From an uncultured Woeseiaceae bacterium (GTDB lineage Bacteria; Pseudomonadota; Gammaproteobacteria; Steroidobacterales; Woeseiaceae): a stretch of 64,000 bases of DNA. The stretch lies in assembly GCA_964446495.1 (NCBI GenBank), contig CAYUOY010000001.1, positions 17,735 through 81,734 of the forward strand, in the 5' to 3' direction. The translations under genes and the position numbers were made by a program. Of this stretch, positions 1 to 10,034 are shown in pieces. A model generated the notes under the pieces. That model saw only the letters and a program-made list of their open reading frames with translations, was not told the origin of the DNA and made no database searches. The first letter of the stretch is position 1, and each line of letters opens with the position of its first letter.

Positions 1-2142
1 ACCGCGGCCATATATACCGCGCGCAGTAATCTTGTTGGCGTTGTGACCAATGGCACGGCCGTGCTGGGTCTGGGAGATATTGGTCCTCTTGCGGCAAAAC
101 CGGTCATGGAAGGTAAAGCGGTTCTCTTTAAGAAGTTCGCAAATATTGATGCATTCGATCTCGAGTTAAGCGAGGCAGACCCACACAAATTGGTCGAAGC
201 CGTCTCCAAGCTGGAGCCGACATTCGGCGCCATCAACCTTGAGGACATAAAGGCACCGGATTGCTTCATTGTTGAAGCAGCGCTCCGGGAGAAAATGAAC
301 ATACCAGTGTTCCATGATGATCAGCATGGAACGGCTATTGTGGTCGCGGCAGCGATCAGGAACGGCCTTGAATTGATTGGCAAGAAGCTCACTGACATTA
401 AGTTGGTTGCGACCGGCGGTGGTGCAGCCAGTCTCTCGTGTCTGGATCTCCTGGTCGAGCTTGGGCTGCCGCGACAGAATGTGACCCTGATTGATGTGGA
501 AGGCATCGTTTATGTCGGGCGAACAGAAGACATGAACGAGTACAAATCCCGTTATGCCGTGGAGACCAGCATGAGAACGCTTGCTGATGCGATTGTTGAT
601 GCGGATTTGTTTCTCGGGCTGTCTGCACCTGGCATTCTGACCGGCGATATGGTCAAGGACATGGCTGATAAGCCGATAATCATGGCGCTGGCAAACCCGA
701 CTCCCGAAATCCTTCCGGAAATCGCGTTTGAGGCCCGGCCGGACGCCATTATTGCGACGGGTCGGTCTGACTATCCGAATCAGGTCAACAACGTACTGTG
801 TTTCCCCTTCATTTTTCGTGGCGCGCTGGACGTCGGGGCAACCACGATCAATAAGGAAATGAAGGCGGCCTGCGTCGACGCGATCGCATCGATTGCGAAG
901 CGTGAATCCACCGACGAGGTGGCCAGTGTTTACAAAGATGAGAGCCTGCAATTCGGGCCAACCTATTTGATACCAAAACCTTTTGATGCACGATTGTTTG
1001 TCGATGTGTCATTCGCCGTGGCCAAAGCGGCCATGGACTCTGGAGTGGCATTGCGGCCGATCGAAGATCTGGATGGGTACAAGGAAAAACTTCAGGCCTT
1101 TAGTAATCGATCGTTGATGTTCATGCAGCCGGTTATCGATGTGGCCAAGCGTGATCGTGAGCGGCTGGTCTTCGCTGAAGGTGAGAATAAAAATGTGCTG
1201 CGGACGGTGCAAACGGTCGTAAGAGAGGGTATTGCCGAACCACTCGTCGTCGGGCGAGAAAGTGTTGTGCGCAAACGCTTGGTGGAATTGGGTATCGATT
1301 TGACGATAGGGAAGGATTTTCAGCTAATCGACCCGCAGAACGATGCCCGTTACAGTCAATACTGGAAGTTTTATCACAGCAAGGTTTCCCGGCGCGGTGT
1401 ATCGGTGGCGGCGGCACAAACGGTCATGCGAACCAACAACACGGCGATCGCGGCTTGCATGGTGACACAAGGTGATGCGGACGCTTTGATATGTGGCACT
1501 GAGGGACGCTTCGATCATCACCTGCAGCACATTATTGAGGTTATCGGCATTGCGAGGCCGGGCGAGAAAATCTCATCGCTCGCTGTTTTAATTTTGCCTC
1601 AGGGTCCTATTTTTATCACGGATGCTTTTATCGAAGTGGATCCGACGGCAGAGCAAATCGCCAATACGACACTGGCCAGCGCAAGGCGTATCCGGGACTT
1701 TGGCATAAAGCCCAGGGTTGCGCTTCTATCCCACTCCAATTTCGGTTCTTCACGTGCACCTTCCGCGATCAAGATGCGCAAAGCCACGCAGATACTGCAG
1801 CGAATCGCCCCTGACCTGGAGGTTGACGGGGAGATGCATGCGGATGCGGCATTGAGCGAAAAGATCCGGAATGCAGTGAATAATGATACCAATCTCAACG
1901 GTCCGGCCAACTTGCTGGTGATGCCAAACCTGGACGCAGCTAACATTGCCGTTGAAATGATTCGCTCGATTAATGACGTGTTGATGATCGGGCCCATTCT
2001 GTCGGGGACCGCGAAGTCAGCGCATATTGTCACGCCGTCTTCAACCGTTAGAGGAATCTTCAATATTTGTGCTGTCGCGGTTGCTGATACCTGGCGGCGG
2101 AAAAATGAAGAAGGGCAGCCCAGTCAAACCGAATTGGCCTGA
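1..2142 (+). CDS. maeB: NADP-dependent malic enzyme (malic-enzyme domains fused to a phosphotransacetylase-like C-terminal domain); 5' end outside window
   Basis: Frame 1 is open from base 1 (..[44 protein letters not shown]..). [11 protein letters not shown] and the following NAD(P)-domain region are typical of malic enzyme. The last ~330 aa resemble the PTA-like domain of MaeB-type enzymes. Stop at 2140-2142. Confidence 0.9.
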   Translation, partial: TAAIYTARSNLVGVVTNGTAVLGLGDIGPLAAKPVMEGKAVLFKKFANIDAFDLELSEADPHKLVEAVSKLEPTFGAINLEDIKAPDCFIVEAALREKMNIPVFHDDQHGTAIVVAAAIRNGLELIGKKLTDIKLVATGGGAASLSCLDLLVELGLPRQNVTLIDVEGIVYVGRTEDMNEYKSRYAVETSMRTLADAIVDADLFLGLSAPGILTGDMVKDMADKPIIMALANPTPEILPEIAFEARPDAIIATGRSDYPNQVNNVLCFPFIFRGALDVGATTINKEMKAACVDAIASIAKRESTDEVASVYKDESLQFGPTYLIPKPFDARLFVDVSFAVAKAAMDSGVALRPIEDLDGYKEKLQAFSNRSLMFMQPVIDVAKRDRERLVFAEGENKNVLRTVQTVVREGIAEPLVVGRESVVRKRLVELGIDLTIGKDFQLIDPQNDARYSQYWKFYHSKVSRRGVSVAAAQTVMRTNNTAIAACMVTQGDADALICGTEGRFDHHLQHIIEVIGIARPGEKISSLAVLILPQGPIFITDAFIEVDPTAEQIANTTLASARRIRDFGIKPRVALLSHSNFGSSRAPSAIKMRKATQILQRIAPDLEVDGEMHADAALSEKIRNAVNNDTNLNGPANLLVMPNLDAANIAVEMIRSINDVLMIGPILSGTAKSAHIVTPSSTVRGIFNICAVAVADTWRRKNEEGQPSQTELA

Positions 2143-2162
2143 AATAGCCGCTTGCCACCTCG

Positions 2163-2291
2163 CCCGGTCGCGTTAACCTGATGGGCGAGCACGTTGACTA
2201 CAATGATGGTGTCTGCTTGCCGATGGCGAATATGCGCTGCGTCGCCAACAATGCAACATCGCGAAACTGGAAAGGGGCATTGCGTCGGTGA
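2163..2291 (+). pseudogene. galK: galactokinase gene relic (only ~22 recognisable codons)
   Basis: 2163-2228 translates to [22 protein letters not shown], the galactokinase N-terminal signature (E. coli GalK ..[23 protein letters not shown]..). There is no start codon. Similarity disappears afterwards and the frame stops at 2289-2291. Confidence 0.6.
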
Positions 2292-2830
2292 TTGAAGTCT
2301 GGGCGGATCAGACTTGTAAGCTCGGGAAAAAATTTCGGTGGGTTCAGGTCTTCGAAAACAAGGGTGTGGTTATGGGCTGCTCCAATCCCCATCCTCACGG
2401 GCAAATTTGGGCAAGCAACCATATTCCACACATTCCGGGTGTCGAGGATGAGCGGCAACTGGAATACAGTCGAGAACATTCGAACATCTCGCTACTCGAC
2501 TATATGCGACGAGAGAAAGAAGCCCAGGAGAGAATTGTAGTTGACTCCGAGTACTGCCTGGCCGTTGTTCCGTATTGGGCATCCTGGCCTTACGAAATTC
2601 TCTTGCTGCCAAAGCGGCACGTACTGCGGCTGCCGGACCTGACCGACGTGGAACGCATCGATCTGCCGGCAGAGCGATTGCGGGCGGTGGGCGCCCCGGC
2701 GATTAGTGTCCGGGATGGATGCGCGCCAGGCCCGGCATGTTTCGATGGTACGGCTGCAAGAGGCTACCTGACGTTCGACCCGAACAATCCCGTCAACGGG
2801 CAAACTAGCTGGAAATATGTCGCCGGATAA
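2288..2830 (+). pseudogene. galT: galactose-1-phosphate uridylyltransferase relic (lacks N-terminal third, internal deletion, lost stop)
   Basis: [42 protein letters not shown]...[36 protein letters not shown] aligns with the middle of E. coli GalT (..[55 protein letters not shown]..). It then jumps directly to AERLRAV, the extreme C-terminus of GalT, so about 90 codons are missing. The Zn-binding N-terminal third is absent. The ORF reads on into the 3' end of the convergent gene. Confidence 0.75.
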
Positions 2831-3371
2831 TTTGGTATAGCTCCGGTCGATTCTCCATGATTTCCTCCACCGTCAGTCCTTCCAGAGAATGCGGGTATTT
2901 GAGCCAGGCTTCCGTTTCGTGAAGGTAGTAATCGGGTTGCTGGTCGGTCTGGTTGCGTGTTGGTTTGTAATACGGTACCGCAACACGAATATCCTGCGGT
3001 GTATTTAGCCGCGCTTTTTCTTTCAAGTGCCCTATGACAGCGGAAATAGTGTGCCCCGTATCAAACACATCATCGACGATAAGCAGTCGATCTTCGTGGC
3101 ACACGTTTTTGATCAGGTAATTCATGCCATGAATGCGAATCTCCGAGGAGCGCCCATCAATGCCGCTGTAGGACGAGGTGCGGATAGCGATGTGATCGGT
3201 CTCGATGCCGTGATAGGCAAGTAATTCCTGGACAGCGATACCGATGGGTGTACCGCCTCGCCAAATGGCGGTAATCATCGTTGGCCTGTAGCCGCTGGCG
3301 AGGACCTTTGCCCCGAGGCGAAAAGAATCCTCCAGCAGCTGCTGCGCCGACAAATAGGTTTTGCCGCTCAC
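2805..3371 (-). CDS. phosphoribosyltransferase-family protein (purine PRT-like), paralogue A
   Basis: PRPP-binding loop RLLIVDDVFDTGHT. Clearly paralogous to the divergent neighbour. GTG at 3371 is preceded by AGGAG with a 6-nt spacer. The longer ORF to 3479 would overlap the neighbour's start. Confidence 0.75.
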   Translation of the reverse strand: MSGKTYLSAQQLLEDSFRLGAKVLASGYRPTMITAIWRGGTPIGIAVQELLAYHGIETDHIAIRTSSYSGIDGRSSEIRIHGMNYLIKNVCHEDRLLIVDDVFDTGHTISAVIGHLKEKARLNTPQDIRVAVPYYKPTRNQTDQQPDYYLHETEAWLKYPHSLEGLTVEEIMENRPELYQIIRRHISS

Positions 3372-3462
3372 AGTGTTCTCCTGCCGATAAGTGGTGTCGA
3401 GGCCATGTGGCGCAGTATAGTGTCCCCGGTCACAGATGTCTGAACATATAACGGGATGCGGG

Positions 3463-4044
3463 ATGGAGAAACAGTACATAGAAGAAGAGGCGTTGCTGGC
3501 CGATTCCTACCGCCTTGCGATTCAAGTCTACGAAAGCGGCTTCCGGCCCCAGTTTATTGTTGGCGTGTGGCGGGGTGGTTCTACTGTGGGTATATATGTT
3601 CAGGAGTGTCTGCAATATCTGGGCGTCAATACCGACCATATCGCTATAAGAACCTCTTATCGCGGTATGGATGAGTACATGCAACACCTTGAAAAAGAAA
3701 CTGATATTCGCGTTCATGGCCTGCAGTACGTATTTGAAACAGTCAATCGGCACGACTCCCTGCTGATCGTTGACGATGTCTACGGTACCGGTCGTAATAT
3801 CGATGCAGTAATTCGGCGGTTGGCGGCAAAAATGAAACGCAACATGCCCCATGACGTTCGTATTGCGACACCGTTCTATCGATCAAAGCAGAATCAAACC
3901 TGTCGGGAACCGGATTTTTTCCTCCATGACACCGATAAGTGGCTGGTGTTTCCGTATGAGTTGACCGGACTGTCAGACCAGGAAATTCGCCAAAACAAAT
4001 CATGGATATTGCCGATTCTCGAGGAATGCGAGGGCACTGGTTAG
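3463..4044 (+). CDS. phosphoribosyltransferase-family protein (purine PRT-like), paralogue B
   Basis: PRPP loop SLLIVDDVYGTGRN. MEKQYIEEEALLADSYRLAIQVYESGFRPQFIVGVWRGG parallels SGKTYLSAQQLLEDSFRLGAKVLASGYRPTMITAIWRGG of paralogue A. The start was chosen at ATG 3463 by that alignment; ATG 3436 is the alternative. Confidence 0.7.
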   Translation: MEKQYIEEEALLADSYRLAIQVYESGFRPQFIVGVWRGGSTVGIYVQECLQYLGVNTDHIAIRTSYRGMDEYMQHLEKETDIRVHGLQYVFETVNRHDSLLIVDDVYGTGRNIDAVIRRLAAKMKRNMPHDVRIATPFYRSKQNQTCREPDFFLHDTDKWLVFPYELTGLSDQEIRQNKSWILPILEECEGTG

Positions 4045-4090
4045 TGTTGATTTTCGTGTGCGAATACTGATTGAGGATTGAGAAGCCCCT

Positions 4091-4933
4091 ATGCGCAAGA
4101 TCTCGGCAGTTTTCATAGCGATAATTCATTTGCTCGCCACTGGGTCTGCATCCGCTGAGTCGGCTGATGTCGCGGCCGACGTCCTGTTTCTTGTACTGGG
4201 AAAGATGGCCCTTTACGACCAGTCATCGGACGGGAATTTGTCGCTGCGTAACCATCATTTCGTCGCCGAAATAATGCCCAGAAATGGACGCCAGATAATC
4301 TCCGGGACTTTGATCAGTACAGATGCGTCCAAAGAGGTGTTGCAATTTAGCTCAGAGGGAAGTGCTTTCCTCGCTCACGGCGCACGTGTCATGGATCCCG
4401 CCGAATTACACCGGTTACACCCGGACGGCGAATACCTTTTTTCCTACGAGACCCAAAGTGGACGCATGGATTCACAACCGGTGACGTTGATGAAGCGAGC
4501 GAACATTGATGCGATGCCGGCGGCGGCAAAGGTGACACTCAGTCAAGGCGATGAGGAATTGTCGTCGTCGAATGTTCAACCTGATGCCGATCTGACTGTT
4601 TCCTGGCAGTCGATGCCAGGCAATACGCGGGTCTCGGACAGTGAACTGGATGATCTGATTTTCGTTCTGGCTTTCGATTGTTTCGGTGAGAATATTGCCC
4701 ATAGTGGGCGCCCTTATCAGGGCGGGCCGTATCTGACGTTCGCAGACTCACAATTTGTCATTGCCGGATCCAGCCTGGTATCCGGAATGAGCTACAAAGT
4801 GATCGTCGAACAGGCGACAGCCGACGTGAAGACGTTTCTTGGTGTACCCAGCATAGCCACTTATGCAACCCTGACTTTTGTTGAATTTCAAACGTCCGGA
4901 GAGACGCAAAATTGCCCGGTTAAAAGCCGTTAG
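4091..4933 (+). CDS. secreted hypothetical protein
   Basis: 280-aa ORF with an N-terminal signal peptide (MRKISAVFIAIIHLLATGSASA/ES). I recognise no family motif. Confidence 0.55.
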   Translation: MRKISAVFIAIIHLLATGSASAESADVAADVLFLVLGKMALYDQSSDGNLSLRNHHFVAEIMPRNGRQIISGTLISTDASKEVLQFSSEGSAFLAHGARVMDPAELHRLHPDGEYLFSYETQSGRMDSQPVTLMKRANIDAMPAAAKVTLSQGDEELSSSNVQPDADLTVSWQSMPGNTRVSDSELDDLIFVLAFDCFGENIAHSGRPYQGGPYLTFADSQFVIAGSSLVSGMSYKVIVEQATADVKTFLGVPSIATYATLTFVEFQTSGETQNCPVKSR

Positions 4934-4939
4934 TCCGGG

Positions 4940-6511
4940 CTACGATGCGGGAGGATTCAGCGTCGATAATTCCTGTGCGTCAACCTGATTTAAGAGATTC
5001 GTCTCCCACTCCAGGTAACGGCGTGATGCCTGGAGATCGCCATCGTGACGCGAATGGACAAAGAACAGGAAATCGATGCAGTCCTTTTCACTGGGCTGAT
5101 CATCACTCGCCACAACGTTTAGTCCTGCTTTGCGCCAGTCGGCAGGCGCGCCTTCCAGGCGACTAATTTTTGAAACTCCACGTTCGCGTAAATCAATGGC
5201 AGCAAGCTCGGCTATTTCCCGGCCGCGACTCGCAAGAACAATGTTGGTGTCTGTTGCGACGTCGAGCAGGTCAAGCCGTGGGCGGATCGCCCAGACTGCT
5301 CCTTCGATGTGGTCTTTACGAAAGTCCATGCCGGGTGACAGGTCAAGCAACAGGGCGCCATTTGCCAGGCGGGCAGGTAACGCATCGAGTGTTGTGACGG
5401 GCAGTCTCAACGTTGGTTCTTTCAGTTCCGGACCGGTGCGGTCGTTTTTCGTGCTTGCATCATTCCTGAGCACATAAACGTTATGCCCCATGCCGCGTAA
5501 CCACAATGCGGTATTTGCCGCGCGCAAACCGGTGTCGTCGGACAACACGATGCGGGCGCCTCGTACGGCAACCCATTGGTCAGTCGCCTGGACGAGCTGA
5601 CCACCTGGCGCATGGGTTGCACCGGTAATATGACCAGCCGCATATTCTTTAGCCGTACGGACGTCAAACAGATAAAGCGTACGCGTAACATCCTGGTCCC
5701 AGGATGACAGGGTTTCGGCATCGATTTCCGGAATACCGAATCGTGACATCAATGTGGCCGCGCGCTCTCCTGAAACGGCGAGCGCGGCTTCGTCGAGTTC
5801 TGGCAACTCAATCGGTTCGGTGCCTCGTTCGAGCTCGAGCCCGGACAAACACCATCCCTGAGTGCCATTTTTCAGCGCATAAATACTGTTTCCTGGTTGC
5901 AAATTACGCAACGATTGGGCGCCGATAATAGATCGGGTACGGCCGGCACAATTTATGACAACGGTCACATGCGGATCATTGACCATTATAGGCAAGCGAT
6001 GTGGAAGCTCTGCATTAGGGCAGGATAGTGCGCCCGGAATATTCATTGTCCGAAACTCCTGCGGGGAACGACCGTCGAGAATAATGAATTGATCGCCCTG
6101 GTTTCGCCGTTCGTTTAACTCTTCAACCGTGATCGACGGCGTGCCCATGGCATGTTCAACCAGTTCACCAAACGCTTTGGATGGCAGATTGACGCCCTTG
6201 AAGAGGGTATAACCGGCTTCTTTCCAGGCCCGTGCGCCGCCCTCCAGAAGACAGACATCGTCATAGCCGAGAGTTGTTAGCCGCCGTGCCGCTTTATCGG
6301 CAACACCATCTTTGTCATCAAGTAACAGCACTTTTACGGTCTTGCGCGGGATGCGACCAGCCACATCTAGCTCAAGTCGACTGTAAGGCAGGTTCACGAC
6401 AAAAAACGGATGTCCTTCGCCGTATTGTCCATGCTCGCGCACATCGACAAACGCGATTTCTTCATTCGCGGTAAGGAGTTCCCTGGCAACCGCCGGCGAC
6501 AATCGTTGCAT
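4940..6511 (-). CDS. multi-domain rhodanese-like sulfurtransferase
   Basis: About four tandem rhodanese-like repeats (..FVDVREHGQYGEGHP.., ..ILDGRSPQEFRTMNIPGA.., ..LFDVRTAKEYAAGHITGA..). Active-site-type loop INCAGRTRS. ATG 6511 lies 4 nt after the stop of the upstream cupin gene; the track ORF to 6589 would overlap it. Confidence 0.8.
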   Translation of the reverse strand: MQRLSPAVARELLTANEEIAFVDVREHGQYGEGHPFFVVNLPYSRLELDVAGRIPRKTVKVLLLDDKDGVADKAARRLTTLGYDDVCLLEGGARAWKEAGYTLFKGVNLPSKAFGELVEHAMGTPSITVEELNERRNQGDQFIILDGRSPQEFRTMNIPGALSCPNAELPHRLPIMVNDPHVTVVINCAGRTRSIIGAQSLRNLQPGNSIYALKNGTQGWCLSGLELERGTEPIELPELDEAALAVSGERAATLMSRFGIPEIDAETLSSWDQDVTRTLYLFDVRTAKEYAAGHITGATHAPGGQLVQATDQWVAVRGARIVLSDDTGLRAANTALWLRGMGHNVYVLRNDASTKNDRTGPELKEPTLRLPVTTLDALPARLANGALLLDLSPGMDFRKDHIEGAVWAIRPRLDLLDVATDTNIVLASRGREIAELAAIDLRERGVSKISRLEGAPADWRKAGLNVVASDDQPSEKDCIDFLFFVHSRHDGDLQASRRYLEWETNLLNQVDAQELSTLNPPAS

Positions 6512-6515
6512 TGAA

Positions 6516-7124
6516 TTATGCTTCCTGACCGGCACTCGGAATGGGGCGGGTTTTTGTACCAATGTCCATGATCCGGCAGGTGCCTGCATTGATATCGAAG
6601 CTCAGCCTTTCGTCCAGACTCTCCAACGGCCGACCGTATAAATGAAGGTGCCGTATTGCCTGATCGCCAACAATCTCAACGTGATGAATATCATCGGGCA
6701 TCAATGCGACACCACCACCAGGTGCCACAGTAATATGTGTCGTCTGCCGGAGTTCAGCCTTCCCGGCCACGGAGGCATCATCAATGCGTTCGTACAGGTA
6801 ATTCTGTTCCTCACCCGAAACGGCGGCGATACAGGCCCAGGTCGTATGGTTGTGTGGGGGCGTTTTGTTGCCCGGCCGCATCACATTGAGATAGAGAGTC
6901 AGGTCACCAGCCTGGGCGACGAGGTAGCGCGCGTGTAGTGAGTCCCCGGTGGATTGAGGGAAGTCATTGGTGCGCCAGAGAGCCGAACGGCTGGCGAGTT
7001 CGATCATTTTCTCGCGAATCTGTGCCAGCGAGTCCTGATCGAGGCTCTGATCCTGGAGAATGGTTTGTACGTTTGCCAGCAAGGCCTGTGTGACTTGGTC
7101 GCGCGTTTCGTTGATCGAGGTCAT
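6516..7124 (-). CDS. cupin, cysteine-dioxygenase type I-like (thiol dioxygenase, 3-mercaptopropionate dioxygenase-like)
   Basis: ~200 aa. Metal-ligand-type motifs PPHNHTTWA and DDIHHVE in a cupin-like beta-rich context. ATG 7124 is preceded by GAAGGAG with a 7-nt spacer. Paired with a long rhodanese gene, as in known bacterial thiol dioxygenase loci. Confidence 0.6.
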   Translation of the reverse strand: MTSINETRDQVTQALLANVQTILQDQSLDQDSLAQIREKMIELASRSALWRTNDFPQSTGDSLHARYLVAQAGDLTLYLNVMRPGNKTPPHNHTTWACIAAVSGEEQNYLYERIDDASVAGKAELRQTTHITVAPGGGVALMPDDIHHVEIVGDQAIRHLHLYGRPLESLDERLSFDINAGTCRIMDIGTKTRPIPSAGQEA

Positions 7125-7264
7125 AGTTGTGCTCCTTCGTCTGGGGATGGCAGATCCCGATCCCCTGGTTAGGCGTTGATCTTGTGTCAGGTTGTGCTCC
7201 CACAGTCGACTTGATGGTGAGTCTTCAGGAGCCCAACCTGCCCGGAAGCCGCCAATATCCAAGA

Positions 7265-8446
7265 CTATCCTGCCATCTTACTAAAAGCGGCTTCGGCGTC
7301 GTTAATCAAATCATCTACGTCTTCCAGACCGACATGAAACCGAACAAATGGTCCTCTGCCACTCCAGTCGACAGTTTCTCTGCTGGCTTGTGGGTTAATA
7401 ATAACGGCCAGGCTTTCGTAGCCGCCCCAGGAAGCGCCAATGCCGAAAAGCTGCAAACCGTCCACGAGTCGAATGGTTTCCTCCATCGATATTTCCGGCT
7501 TCATTTCAATTGTGACGAGTCCATTCGCAGCGCTAAAATCCCGCTTCCAGATGGCATGATTCGGGTGACTTTCCAGGGCCGGGTAATACACGGTCGCAAC
7601 CTCACTTCGCTGTAGCAACCATGCAGCAAAAGCCAATGCACTTTCCTGATGCGCCTGCATGCGAACATCGAGGGTCCTGATACCCCTCAATACCAACGAG
7701 GCGTCATCCGGGCTGGCCGTCATGCCGAAAGTCGATCCGATCGCGGAAAAATTAGCCCACTCTTTTTCATTGCAAATGACCATTCCCAGCATGACATCGG
7801 AATGGCCACTCAGATATTTGGTCGCGGCCACGATGGAAATATCCGCGCCGAATTTCAACGGCGTGAAGCAATAGGAGGAGCCGTAGGTGTTATCAATAGC
7901 CACCGGGATATTGTGTGCATGTGCAACGCCGGCAAGCTTGGGAAGATCGGCTAGTTCGTAGAGCAAGGATCCCGGTATTTCACAAAGCAGTAGTTGGGTG
8001 TTGGGCCGAATTTTTTCCTCCAGGTCGCTGCCATCCGGTTTGATGAAATCGTACTGGATATCATTTTCTCGAAGATAGACATCGCAAAAGGGCTTGACCG
8101 GCTGGTAGATGCAATCGGCAATCAGGATATGGCCGCCGGTACGGGCATAGTTAAGAATGACCAGTGTCAACGCAGCAAGGCCTGTTGGAAATAACTGCGC
8201 CCGGTACCCGCCCTCCAGTTCGGTGACCAGGTTTTCCAGTTCAAAAGTTGTATCCGTTCCTCTGGCCCCATAGCTGAGAAGCCTTTCGGACGAACGCCGC
8301 ATGCGGGTGTCAATCCAGCTAGCGTGATTCTCGAACAGGACCGTGCTGGCTCTCATAATCGGTGGATTGACCGGTTTGACGGGTTTGTCTTCCCCTCGGC
8401 CACTGTGAATGAGAGTCGTTCTGGGCGTATTTTTCTGAGTACTCAT
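7265..8446 (-). CDS. metC: cystathionine beta-lyase-type PLP-dependent C-S lyase
   Basis: Collinear with E. coli MetC: TTLIHSGR.., AATKYLSGHSDVMLG (PLP lysine motif), WGGYESL, RFHVGLEDVDDLINDAEAAF. Confidence 0.85.
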   Translation of the reverse strand: MSTQKNTPRTTLIHSGRGEDKPVKPVNPPIMRASTVLFENHASWIDTRMRRSSERLLSYGARGTDTTFELENLVTELEGGYRAQLFPTGLAALTLVILNYARTGGHILIADCIYQPVKPFCDVYLRENDIQYDFIKPDGSDLEEKIRPNTQLLLCEIPGSLLYELADLPKLAGVAHAHNIPVAIDNTYGSSYCFTPLKFGADISIVAATKYLSGHSDVMLGMVICNEKEWANFSAIGSTFGMTASPDDASLVLRGIRTLDVRMQAHQESALAFAAWLLQRSEVATVYYPALESHPNHAIWKRDFSAANGLVTIEMKPEISMEETIRLVDGLQLFGIGASWGGYESLAVIINPQASRETVDWSGRGPFVRFHVGLEDVDDLINDAEAAFSKMAG

Positions 8447-8454
8447 GGGTCGTT

Positions 8455-9999
8455 TTATCCAGCGTTGGCCTGAGCCGATTTTGTGCGTAGCCGATTTATG
8501 ACGGGCAGCAATACAAATACCAGCGAAGCCAGTAACAGTCCAAAACTAATTGGATGATTGCCGGGACTGACAAATATAAACCAGTCGCCATTGGAAATAG
8601 TCATGGAATTCGAAAACGATTCTTCCAGTCGTTCACCCAATACCAGGGCAAGTATGAGCGGAGCGTGTGGGATATGCACCTTGTGGAAAAAATAGCCGAC
8701 AAAGCCAGCGATCAGGGCCACCCAGATGTTGAACACGGAATTGCCCTCGGCAAAAGCACCGCTGAGACACAAAATGGCGATGACGGGTATCAGGACCTCT
8801 TTCGGCAAGCGATATATGGTGCCGGATATATGCCGAATGACGAAAATAGCCAGCGGCCCCATCACGAGATTGGCCACCAGGAATGCAGCCATGATCATCC
8901 AAGCAATGTCGGCATGTTGCATAAAAAGCAAGGGTCCGGGCACCATGCCATGGATCATCAGCGCACCAATGAACAATGCCGACACTGAGTTGCCGGGGAT
9001 TCCCAGGGACAGTAATGGCACCATTGAACTTGCCACCACCGCGTTATTAGAGGCTTCTGGCGCCGCTATGCCCTCTGGGGCTCCCTCGCCCCAATCGGCT
9101 TCCCCGGGCTTGCCGGCATACTTGCGCTGGTAGCGTCGTGCCGCCTGGTTGAAGGCGAGATAAATGGCCATCAGCATGCCGGCGCCGGGTAGTACGCCAA
9201 TGACATTTCCGATCGCCGAAGCGCTAATCCAGGTCGGTAGCAGGCGTCGTACCAGCTTCCTGCCCGGAATCAGGCTGCCTTCAATACTTGGGACCTGCCG
9301 GATCTCCTGTTGCGTGCGGCGAGCATGAAAGATTTCTTCGGCCAGGCTGAGGGCGGCGGAGATCCCGAAAAGGCCAACCAGCATTGGTACAAACGGAATG
9401 CCCTCGTAGAGATTGCTTTGGCCGAACGTGAAACGTGGAAATCCGGATTCGAGGCTCAAGCCGACCGTTGCCAGTAGTAAACCGATCGCGGCTGCCAGAA
9501 GCCCTTTGGTGACGTTTTTTTCGAGCATACCCACCACGGCGGTGAGGCCCAGTACACATAGTGCGAAATTCTCGACATATCCAAAGCGCAGGGCGACATC
9601 TGCGAGCACTGGAGCGAAAAGCAATAGAACGATGGCACTGGTCAGCCCGCCAACTACCGAGGATGAAACAGCGATGCCGAGTGAGACGTTGGCCTTGCCC
9701 TGCAACGCCAAAGCATTGCCATCAATGGCTGTCAGCATCGCGGAAGCCGTGCCGGGCACCTTGATCATGATGGCGGGGATCGCGCCACCGACGGCGGCAG
9801 CACAATATATTCCAACCATGAGCGCGAGAGCCGCTGTGGGTTCCAGAGCGAAAGAGAACGGCAGGAATACGGCGAAAGCAATGTTTTCGTTGAGACCGGG
9901 AATCGAGCCGATGACCAGGCCAAGTAGCACACCGCCAACGAGAAACGCCAGCGGCGCGGGTTGGAGCAGAGTCGTGAGTCCCAGAACAATCGTTTCCAC
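8455..9999 (-). CDS. tctA: tripartite tricarboxylate transporter (TTT) large permease
   Basis: 514-aa polytopic membrane protein with TctA/DUF112-type repeats (..GSIPGL.., ..GVLPGAG.., ..LGIPGNS..). Follows tctC and tctB. Confidence 0.85.
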   Translation of the reverse strand: METIVLGLTTLLQPAPLAFLVGGVLLGLVIGSIPGLNENIAFAVFLPFSFALEPTAALALMVGIYCAAAVGGAIPAIMIKVPGTASAMLTAIDGNALALQGKANVSLGIAVSSSVVGGLTSAIVLLLFAPVLADVALRFGYVENFALCVLGLTAVVGMLEKNVTKGLLAAAIGLLLATVGLSLESGFPRFTFGQSNLYEGIPFVPMLVGLFGISAALSLAEEIFHARRTQQEIRQVPSIEGSLIPGRKLVRRLLPTWISASAIGNVIGVLPGAGMLMAIYLAFNQAARRYQRKYAGKPGEADWGEGAPEGIAAPEASNNAVVASSMVPLLSLGIPGNSVSALFIGALMIHGMVPGPLLFMQHADIAWMIMAAFLVANLVMGPLAIFVIRHISGTIYRLPKEVLIPVIAILCLSGAFAEGNSVFNIWVALIAGFVGYFFHKVHIPHAPLILALVLGERLEESFSNSMTISNGDWFIFVSPGNHPISFGLLLASLVFVLLPVINRLRTKSAQANAG

Positions 10000-10034
10000 A
10001 GAGCGGCCTTCTTTGTAGCGACAAGGGTCCTGGT

